Source: Lama guanicoe
Lineage: Eukaryota
Direction: 5' to 3'
Assembly: GCA_013239625.1 (NCBI GenBank)
Contig: MU053810.1
Location: 1,685,518-1,749,517, forward strand
DNA length: 64,000 nucleotides
Of the stretch, positions 53,951-64,000 are shown piece after piece; the stretch's first letter is position 1; each line of letters starts with the position of its first letter. The position numbers and the translations under genes are program-made. The notes beneath the pieces are model-generated. The model ran no database searches, was not told where the DNA came from, and saw only the letters and a list, made by a program, of their open reading frames with translations.

Positions 53951-56835
53951 AGATATGATCCTGATTTTCCATTACATAAAATTATTTTAAGTATTTGTAT
54001 ACATGTGTGTTTGTATAGACAGAATACCCAAGTCTCTACAGGAACTGTAGTGAACAGGGAATAGCTTTTCATTATGTACTCTTTCCTATGATTTGAATTT
54101 TGCCACATGGAGAAGACAGAAGGAGGCATGAACAAAGGGGAAATAACAGAACATAAATTCTTTAAATGGTAGAAATATCATCTCAGTTTTACTCATTTTA
54201 GTATCTCCCATAGCACCCAACACAGCGCCTGACCTAATGTAGGATTCCAGCACCTAAGTGTTGGACTGAACTATGCAGATAATGGAGGCCAGAAATTTCC
54301 ACTTTTCCCGAGAATTCGAATTGTCACTTGGGCTGTTTGATCCATCTACTTTGTCATTGTCAACCACATGACTATAGAAAGAATTGAGCTGATGCCTGGC
54401 AAAAAATGTCAAGATTTATCATTAAGCATGTTGAACACTGGGGAGTTAGTCTCTTGGTGCCTCATTTTAAAAGAATTTTCCACCTTAGGTTTATTTAGTT
54501 CCAATCAAAGTCATAAGACTGGTACTGGTAAAAACTGGAGAATAAATACATTCCATGATTCCACCCAGCAAAAGAATGAATAGCATAGGCAAGCCTCAGT
54601 TAATGGTAAAGACGTGTATCAACAGAGTAGCATTATGACATATTTACTTAGGAAAAAATATGAGATGAGGGACAGATGTTTCTGAATGACTGCACTCTAT
54701 TTTTTTTTAAACCGGTGATTTCTGTTACACTTCCTGGAGCTTTGTCTGGCCCTGGCTGTTATTTTTCAGTGAATGAATTGGATTTCCGTGCAGTAACAAA
54801 AAGAGAAATAGGAAGTATCACATATATTTCAAAAATTTTGAAAATGCATAAAGTCAGAAATACTGGCTAGTAATTCATTAACAGTATGAAGTGTAATATC
54901 AACCTAAATTAATTAAGGATAAAAAATGCTTTTTATAAAGGCATAGCTAATTTTTGAAAAGGGTATGTCCTTAAATTATCGTATTCACATTTAGCCTACA
55001 GAACTTCAACTACCTAAGTTTGGGAGGAAAAAGAGAGTTGGAGAGAACAAATTTAAATAATGCAGCTGATCCAACCTTTCCCCCATTAGTAATCTTATGC
55101 TTCTGAATAAAAATAGCCCCAAGGAGACTTGAATATCTCTTCCTCCTTTGGTCTTGCTACTTTGTATCCCTTAACAGGAGCACATCTGCAGCTGTTGAGT
55201 CACTCTAGTATTTGAAGAAACAGTGGATACTTTTCATACCATGTGGTCCCAAAAGCAAGCCAACAACTTCATCACCAAAAACCCCATACCCCACAGTCCA
55301 CTCTTTGTTGTGATTATTCGGGTTTTTTTTTTTTTTTCCAGAGGGTGTTGTTTGGGGGGGGTTTTGTTTGTTTTTTTCATTCTCCCACAGTCCATTCTGA
55401 CATTAGGGGAAGGACTGGTTTTAGGAAAGGACAGGGTGTCAGGCTCCTGGGAGGGCTGTATTAAGGGAATTCCAAGCATATTTTGAGTGCGCGTGCTTTT
55501 TACCTACTTACCCACCTCAGTGTCCAGCCCTGAAGTAAGGTGCAGCTCCACTGTAATCCTTAGCAGGCCAGAGAAGGCCACATAAGTCACATGGTCTGAT
55601 TTACCTGTAGGGCTTAATTTAGTCCAAGATTTTAAGATTGAAAGGAGAGGTTCAGGAACCAACAATTGTTGAGTGACATGCCATATACGCTTGGAATATG
55701 TAGTCAAGTCTGAAATTTGTAAAATTAAGATAGATCAGTAGATACAGTGAGTATAATTGAACTTGTTTAAAAGGCACCTTTTATATCCTGGACAAAGCCA
55801 TAGTCTATAACACTTTCGGCATTATGGTCTAATCAATTTATATTTGAAGCTACTTGTAAGTTATATGTGTACATAATTCTTTCCCATAAGGAAACCCGTT
55901 AGCTTTGGTGATAAGATATTAAGTCCAGACCTAATAATCAAACAGAAACAGTCTTGGAAATCTAGAAGCCCTGATCCAAAATTAATTATAACCTTAGTCT
56001 TATTTCAGTGGATTGGAGTAAGATACAGTTCTGCTTGGAGATACATCTAATTTCAGGTGGACATTTAGAACCCACCAAACTTTCAAAAATTGAAATAAAC
56101 TTTTATTGATCCATATTCCAATATGCTGGCTTTCTTTCAAGTTGAAACCACCATGTAATATTTTGACAGCTGAAAATGTTACTGGTTTCAGTATATAAAT
56201 TAAATGTCAGGTCTAAATACAAAATGTGAAGTTGTTCATAACTCGAACAAAATCTACTTTTGTCTTGGATAGAAAATATGTCCTTGCTGAACTATCGGAT
56301 CCAACAAATTATTTAATTGGAGAAAAATTAATTGGAATGCATTATTAGACACTCTGCCTAGTCAAGACAGACAGGAGGAAGACAACTGCTATCATTTCTG
56401 ATTGAAGGCATCACGGGGACATTAGACTTAATTATGTACACTCAGAAACACTGGATAAATTGCCCATAGATCGGAAGCTGCTGACCACACTAGCCCAAGT
56501 GTAGACTAAATGAGATTCTTTCTGGTAAGTGTATTGGGCCTTTTGTGTCAGGGAGTACTAGCCAGCCAAGGTTCAGGAGGAGCCCAGAATTAAGGAAGCA
56601 TCCCTGAGTTACTCAAAAGGAATCAAAATTCCCAAAATTGAAACTAAAGAGAAGGCCGTGTTTTGTTGTCTGAGGTGGATTTAATTGGTTGTCTGAACAC
56701 CTAGTGGCACAGCCAACAATTCACTGACTAACTTGGACAAATGAGTAAAGCTCTGTGTATGCTAAAATGTGAAATCCCTCGGTCATCAACACATACTTGT
56801 TTCTTATGCTCTTTAAATCTGAGTGGCTGGAAGTT

Positions 56836-57186
<351 letters not shown>

Positions 57187-57539
57187 TAAAGGCAGGGATG
57201 GGAACCCCTCCTGTGTGAATACATAGCGTGGGCTGGCGCCAGGCTGTACCTCCAATGAAAAGTCCACACATTCTGAGGCGGGACTGTTACCCCATCTCGC
57301 AGCGGAGGACACAGAGGATCCCTGAGCGGAAGCCATTCCCTGCCCGCCTGAGCCCATGGGGCCAGTCAGTGATGGAGGCAGCATTCTTCAACTAGTTTAC
57401 TGACTCTAACCCCTTATCACCTAGTCCGGTGTCCTGTATTTTCCCCAAATCAGGTCATCTGTTGGCACCTCCATGGAGTATTTTAAATTTTAAATTTTGT
57501 GGCATTTGATTGTGTTTAACGTCTAGTAACATTTCCCAC

Positions 57540-57720
57540 ACTCACGTACCACCAATGTGCTACATGTTGTGCTAAGCTCTTCTTACACATTATTTCTCTA
57601 AATTCGTAAACCATTCTGTGAAATATGGGATCTTTGTCCTCATTTTATAGGCAAGAAAGGTGAGGCTTGGAGAAGTCAGGTACCTGGCCCAAGCTCTCAC
57701 ATGCGGCCTCAAGTCCATAC
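57540..57720 (-). mobile_element. MIR SINE inside the retrocopy's intron-like part
   Basis: tgtgctaagctcttc...cctcattttataggcaagaaaggtgaggcttggagaagtcaggtacctggcccaag. Confidence 0.65.
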
Positions 57721-58789
57721 CATTCTTCTATGTGAATTTTGTACTTATAACCTGCCCCGCCACCATAGGAAGATTAGAAAGCGGCACCACCTCTGGGCGA
57801 CACAGCCCCGTGCGGGGCCCACCAGCAGGCGCATGGCTTGGCGAGGCACGTGCAGGCTAGATCACAGCCCCCCAGCCAGCCAGGCACCTCTGCGCCGTCC
57901 ACACCATGCTCGATCTGCTGTTTGGTGGGCCTGGTGGGGTTGGGATTTGAACTCAGGTCCTGCTGTGTCCCAAGCATGTGTTCTAAATCACCCTGCTCTC
58001 CTGTCTTCCGTTTTGCAATAGCCCAGATAATTTGGTGGCTTTTGAGATTTCTTCCAAACGTTTATCTATTTTGCCCTTTTTGTGCCAAGAACTTTGAAGT
58101 TGCCTAAAATGTTACCCTACTTGTTAGCCTGCCAGTCTCATGGACGCTGTCGGAAGACACAAGCCAGGGACAAAGGACTTTATTACTCAGAGTGTCTCCA
58201 CTTTCTTCTACTGTTTCTCCCACTCCACTTCCCACAGGGTGATGCTGTGAGGGCCACATAACACCTGCACACGCGGGGGGATGTTTTCCGAGAGAGGAGC
58301 CCCAACTTAGAGAATCCAGATCTTCTATAACAGGCACTGAACATGCCTTCCCTGCTCCAGAGGGAAATAGTCTCTGGATGTTCCAAGGCTGCTCACTGTA
58401 CAAGACAGCCTGGAAGAAGGACACCCAGTGCCTCTGTAGGCAAGGCTTGCAGAAAAGCAAAAGGCCCGTGAGCAGCTGTCTCCCAACATGTGGTTAAAAA
58501 TGTTTTCTCAATATAACTTCAGTTTTATTTTTGTAACAACTGAATGGATACCAAAACTCTCAAAGTTGTTGGTAGGAAGAGGGGTTAACTTTTAGGCCAA
58601 GTGGCCTCTTGACAGTTTATGAGTCCCTGGGCCACACTGTTTCCCTGGGGACCCACTAGGGTCCTGCAGACTCCAGGCACTGAAGCCATAGGCTTCAGTG
58701 GGAGAAACTCAACTTTCAGATCTACTTCTCAGTAACTGAATTGTAAGCATGACATGAGGATACACAAAACCCTTTTTTAAAATGCTGGT

Positions 58790-58960
58790 TAATATAATTC
58801 TTGCTACAACCTTTTGGAGAGGGAACTTACCAAAGTTCCCAGCTTTACCTGGGGGAGGAGGAGGAATCTGAAGCCCAGAGAGGGATTGTGACTTGCCTAA
58901 GATCACATGGTAACAAATTGGCAGCACTAAGATTTGAACCCGGTAATTCTCTGCTGTGTC
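58790..58960 (-). mobile_element. MIR SINE inside the retrocopy's intron-like part
   Basis: gaggaatctgaagcccagagagggattgtgacttgcctaagatcacatgg...ggcagcactaagatttgaaccc. Confidence 0.7.
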
Positions 58961-59831
58961 CACTTGCCCACTGGAGTGGTCACTAGACAGTTCTCTCAGC
59001 CAGGAGCCCACTGGCCCTTAGGCCCTTCAGTGCACAGCAGCTGTGGGGGTTTTTATTCAGCCTTAGAGGACTGGAGGGGGGCAGTGGTGGGATTAACCCA
59101 GCAGGTGGGGTTGTAGGAGGAACACAGAGAAGATGCTCTGCTTCCCTGACACTGTTGGAGCAGGAGTGAGTACCTGAGAGGTACCCAGAGAGCCCCAGGA
59201 GGAGAAGCAGACAGAGACAGAGTGAGACAGGGCTGAGGCCTCTCCCATTTGGCTTAGCTCCCCCTCCCTCAGCCGGGGGCTCTCCGTGGACAGCCCCCCC
59301 AGGAAAGAAGGTTAGGGGAAGCCACTGTGGAGAGGGACAGGGCACACCCTGTCTCTACCCCACCCCTTCCCCTCCAGCTAAGAACTCCAGCTGTGATGTG
59401 GCATAACTCTGAGTTAGAGGGATGGGGTTCTAGATCCCCTTTCTTGGGGAGGTTGGCTTCAGGGGGCGTACCTTTCACCTCTTCATCCCCTTTCCTTCTG
59501 GGCATGAACTAGACATGGCCCCACTGTTGAGGAATCCCTAGTCTTGTGGGTACACAGCTTCTGACCTTGGTAATGAAAAGACTGATATTATGGTCAAAAG
59601 AGAGCGTTTAATAAAATAATGGTCAGCGCTGGGCCAAGGGACATCCCAGGGACCATGGGAAACCAGGGGAGGAGGTAACATTAGAGCTGGGCTTTGAGGG
59701 ACGTGTAGGCGTCCCTCAGACAGAGCAGAAATAAGGACATTCTGGATGAGAGTCAGTAGGGTGGGTGTGACCTGGGGTGCCTCCCTGCCCTCTCTCTGCC
59801 CCAGCACTAGCCCCTGTCAGTTCCTCTGACA

Positions 59832-59983
59832 CAGTGCTTCTCAAACTGTAGGGGTGAAAGACCAATTTTTTTTTAAAGATCTGTCAAGAACGAATACTTC
59901 TGTAAAATACCATAAGAATGAATTGTTAGAGAAATGAAATGGAATGGAAACTGATGTGCAAAGTAAAACCCAGTGTTGTATTG
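59832..59983. mobile_element. hAT-Charlie (Charlie4-like) fragment truncated by the poly(A) tail
   Basis: cagtgcttctcaaactg terminus followed by gtgaaagaccaatttttt...atacttctgtaaaatac...aatgaattgttagagaaatgaaat. Family name from recall. Confidence 0.55.
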
Positions 59984-59996
59984 AAAAAAAAAAAAA
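59962..59996 (+). terminator. Variant polyadenylation signal AGTAAA followed 16 nt later by an A13 tract (retrocopy tail)
   Basis: Sequence aAGTAAAacccagtgttgtattgAAAAAAAAAAAAA; spacing is typical of a PAS-to-cleavage site. Confidence 0.6.
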
Positions 59997-60136
59997 GCAT
60001 TGCCACAGGAGCTTGTTAAAATGTAGAGATCTCTGAAACCCTCCAAGGTCCAGAGCGGAGCTTGGGGATTTAACATTTTAATGAACCACTTAACGGGATC
60101 CCAGGGTAATCTGAGGCCAGCTCGGTGAAAATGCTG
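59997..60136. mobile_element. MER5-type hAT-Charlie element, right piece
   Basis: ggagcttgttaaaatgtaga...cattttaa...cccagggtaatctgaggc...gtgaaaatgctg follows the recalled MER5A layout and lacks its first ~25 bp. Confidence 0.65.
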
Positions 60137-63009
60137 ATCTTGCGTGTGTGGGCTATGAGTCCTGTAGGACTACAGTGTTGGTGCCAAAATTGTGTGGAAA
60201 CACTAATTCCTAATTTGTAGTAGAGAAGTACTACATAAAAAAAGTTCTGAAGATAAAAATATTTGTTGTTAAAATCTATCACGAGTTAATGAAACAGATC
60301 ATGATAAAAGAAAAAAAGAAATTTTTAGTTGAGTATAGCATATGTAATAAATAAATCAGATGATTTGGAACATTGTTGGTGAATTAAAATTATTAGAACA
60401 TCTTTGATTTCTGAATTTTTATTAAATTACTGCTACCAAAGTCGAGATTCACTGTTCTAAAGGAACCAAGTTTCTTCTAGAAATACTGTGCATCCAAGAT
60501 AATTATTTTTGACTTACAGTGCTTATAAGTAGTGAATTAAATTTTGAATTTATTTTTAGTACAAGGCCCTTTATAATCTTTTTAAATAAAGAATCTTAGC
60601 ATGTCTCGTCATTAGCTTGTCCTGAATTATAGCATAAACAAAATTGTCTTTTACAAATACAAAATTAAAATTTATTTTTTCTTCCTTTTGTGCATTCCAA
60701 GCCCAGCTTAAACAAAAGTATACAGTTTTTTTTTGTCTGAAGTAATTATAATAGTATAATGAGGTGGGGTGTTATTTTATCCATCACATAAAAGCACTTT
60801 TAAGTCTATTCTGATGCAGAGAATACTTTTGAAAAGGAACATAAGATACTAATAACAGGATTCACCTTTGGGGAAACTTCCATGAATTGGAAATTGGCAT
60901 AAAGAGAGAATAGCATTTCATCATATTCCCTTGTGTAGAATTAAAGTCAATCAGCAAACAAACATATTAAGGAAATATATGATAAATTGTAGTAGGAAAA
61001 TTTGGATACTCTTTTCAGAAAATTCTAAAGTTAAAGAACCTTTCAGGAGGAGCAGAAAATTATCAATGCTGAATGTACAGGCTGGGTTTTTTCCCCTGGA
61101 GAGATGGCATTGGATTTATTAGCCTTTTGGACATAAAATACATGTAATTCTTTCCCTTTTTTGAAAAATAAAAGGGTACCGAACTGTGCATTTTTATCTG
61201 TCTATCTATCTATCATCTATTTTGCATTTTAGTCTCTGGGTCCTCTTTGCCACTGGTCATCTGCCAGTCTCTGAGGACGGCTGTGAATACAGAACGGAAA
61301 CCCGCTTTCTTTTTTCTGAACTCTGAAACAACAGGTACTTGAGCCAAGCCTCCTGGTGACCAAGTTCCACCTGAAATATCACAGCATTGTTTAAAGTAGT
61401 CTTTGATTTTCCAGTCAGTGAATGCTGTGTTTGCATTCCACTTGAGCACCATTTGGCAAACTAGAGATAAAATCTGTAGAATTATTTAGCATCACATCTG
61501 TTTATAGTTGCTTTTCAAGATTATACAAGTGATTTTAAAATTTTGCTTATGTGTTAACCAACTGTGGTGGCTGCATTTTATTTGGTTATAATTTAGAAAA
61601 CTAAACTTCAAATGTAATCTAACGAGCATATATGGAGCATCTAAAAATGGAGCATCTTAGTGCTAAATTACATATTCCATTCCCTTAGCTTGCTGGTACT
61701 AATGCATTAATGAGGCCCCTTGGAAATAATTAAAAGTTAATTGTCTAAGAATGAAATTGAATTTCTCAATTTAAGAACAGTAGGTACTAAGTTATTTTGG
61801 AAAAAAATATGGTCCTTAAAGGACAAGAAAATAAAAATTTAAAAACAAAAGCCAAAATTCACAGTTGGCTTCCATTAAAAAAGAAGTTAAGATGACTGTT
61901 GAGAATTAGGTGAACCTTAGATTAACAGTCTTATAATGAAAAGACTGATAACGGTCAAAAGAGAGCGTTTAATAAAACTAGTTTATGGTTTGATTATGTT
62001 TTGCTAAGAAGCTAATGTCAAGATTTAGAAAAACCTTCAAAATATAGTGTGTTCATAGTCAAGCCAGCTCTTTCAATATTTACATAGGAAAATGATAAAA
62101 ATGTCATTGAGATAATTTCTGGTTTTTTGCTTTCTGCTAAAATTTGTCTCACAGAAAAGCTGAAATATTGTTCTTTCATATTTCTTGATATGAACATGCT
62201 ATTTAAGATTTCTGTGAAATTTTCTAAGTTCTAAGGAATTTATTTTCTATCAAGTCTTGAGTCGGAGGTACCATCTTGCCCTGCCCAGAGTTTTGAGGGA
62301 AACTTTATGGTAGGAATTCTGTCATTCATGGAAAAGTTCAGGAAATCCAGTCATTCAGCAATGCATGTAACCTTATCTTGTTATTTCTTTAGTTCTAAGA
62401 ACATCTAAATAGTGTTCTTCTAAAGATGTACCTTTTTATATGCTTGTAGGACAGTCTCACCAAGCTGGTATACCTTATCAGGGAAAACGAAGAAACTTCA
62501 GGATAAAAGTGATTTACTGGTTGAAAAAAGATTAGCATTCAGGCTTTTTTTTCTTTTCTGGAGTATTCTAAAATGGATTGGCTGATTCTGGATTAGAGAG
62601 ACTCATTTTTTGTTTTCTCCTTCCTAGAGAGCCACTTTCTCTTTCGCCTGAGCTCTAGAATTTTCCTTTCAGTCACAATTAATGATCAAGGGGTAACTCC
62701 TCTCTTCACGTAGCTTGACCTTGTCTGCAACAATTGCTAATGACAGACTCTCCTAAAAATATCCAGATTTTATATTCCTAAAATAATGTCTTTTGACCAC
62801 CAGAGAAGATCTTTGTATCAACCTGTGCCCTGATCAGAATTAACCTCTCTCCTCTGCACTCCACTGGCATCCAGGATCTGCCCATATTTCCTGCTGCTGG
62901 AGCTACTGCTAAATTACATGAGCTTTGAAAGAAAGTACAGGGGGCTTGTTTCAAGGCTAAGAATGCCTTACCTTTGGAGATGCTCCACATAATTTTAACA
63001 CCTGCTTTT

Positions 63010-63200
63010 TACTCTATACTTACCGTGTGCCAGGCATCACAGGAGAGCCTTTACTTCCACTAAAGTCTTTTCATTTCTATTACCTCATTCAGTCTTTGCA
63101 ATCACATCCTTGTTTCACAGATTAAGTAAGTGAGAATTAGGAAGGTTGAGAAGCTTAGCCAAGGTCACAAGACTAGTAATCAGTGGAGCCAGGATTTAAA
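63010..63200 (-). mobile_element. MIR SINE
   Basis: cttaccgtgtgccaggca...tttcacagattaagtaagtgag...gccaaggtcacaagactagtaatcagtggagccaggattt. Confidence 0.7.
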
Positions 63201-64000
63201 ATCAAAAAAGTTCTGAAGGATGGGTGGTTGGAGAGATGAAGGGAAAAAAATCAATGCTGGAGTTGAAATTCCTCCATTAGGCTTCCATGCCTACGCTTGG
63301 CGCATGTGGCCTTGCTAAGAGGGTTCGCATGCTGGATGAGCAATCCGAAGCAGGTCCACTGGGGAAGTAGAAGAAGCCCTTCCCTTGCCTACTTAAAAGG
63401 GTTTTATTAGCTCAGTAACACTGACCTGTGTTCAGAGCTTATGTGAATGGTTTGTTGTCAAAGATACATATAAAATTTCCTTTAACAATAATTGAGCTTA
63501 TATTCGTGCAAAGTGGGTGATTGGCAAGATAGAGTCCTCATGAGAAAACATAGAAACTGTGAATTGAAGAAAGTAATAAAAATAGCACCTTGATAGAATT
63601 CCCAAGGTGGAAAAAAAGAGATTTGTGAATAACCTATTAAGGTTGCATGCAGCAAAAATGGCGTCTGAAGAGCTTGTTTCATATAGGAGAATTAGTCCTG
63701 CATCACTTCTCTTGTGTGTCAGGTTTTCTACTAAGACATCAGAAGATGGAGTTAAAATGGACTCAGTCCATGAAATGAGAGAAGAATTCTTGATGCCATA
63801 TTTCAGAGGAAGGGTCATAAAAGACTTCAGATACCTTTTGTATGCAAGCATAGACCTAGATGATTGAAAATAAAGTGAACAAGAATACATACGTGGTAGG
63901 AGACAAGTAACCTAGAAAACTTGACTGAAAAGACTTGCCAAAGCAGAGAATTTGTAACTAGAAAGATCTGTGAGCATTGAGATTAGATTCATCCCTGAGG

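Larger units (their letters stand above)
59571..61977 (+). repeat. Dispersed 44/46-bp direct repeat (59571-59616 and 61934-61977)
   Basis: TAATGAAAAGACTGATA-(TTAT/AC)-GGTCAAAAGAGAGCGTTTAATAAAA; identical blocks of 17 and 25 bp, 2363 bp apart. Confidence 0.93.

Overview
Mammalian genomic DNA, AT-rich and repeat-rich. It is very probably camelid, given two tRNA-Ala-derived Vic-1-type SINEs and camelid-like L1 3' ends. The whole window lies inside the + strand gene PLXDC2 (TEM7R). Five internal coding exons are visible (25975-26097, 27764-27882, 40225-40324, 49883-49978, 50165-50246; exons 5-9 by human numbering), all with AG/GT boundaries, and they splice into one open frame covering the NIDO-like region and the start of the PSI domain. 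The most interesting feature is a ~3.1-kb sense-oriented insert in the last intron (56866-59996), which looks like a partially processed OLFML2A retrocopy. Exon 1 is joined to exon 2, followed by ~2.8 kb of GC-richer, intron-like sequence, an AGTAAA signal and an A13 tail, and the insert splits a MER5-type element. It may be a fossil of an intronically polyadenylated OLFML2A isoform. It has kept a dense CpG island despite being coding-dead, and it carries a 46-bp copy of host sequence from 2.36 kb downstream. Other observations include a ~1.96-kb duplication flanking a 143-N gap (probably a haplotype assembly artefact), a CpG/GC peak inside an ancient L2, a 5'-inverted L1, a perfect 66-bp tandem duplication and a triple AGGTCA DR2 array. 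No prokaryotic-type system, CRISPR array or new intact protein-coding gene is supported. Gene and repeat-family names rest on recalled sequences, not on searches.
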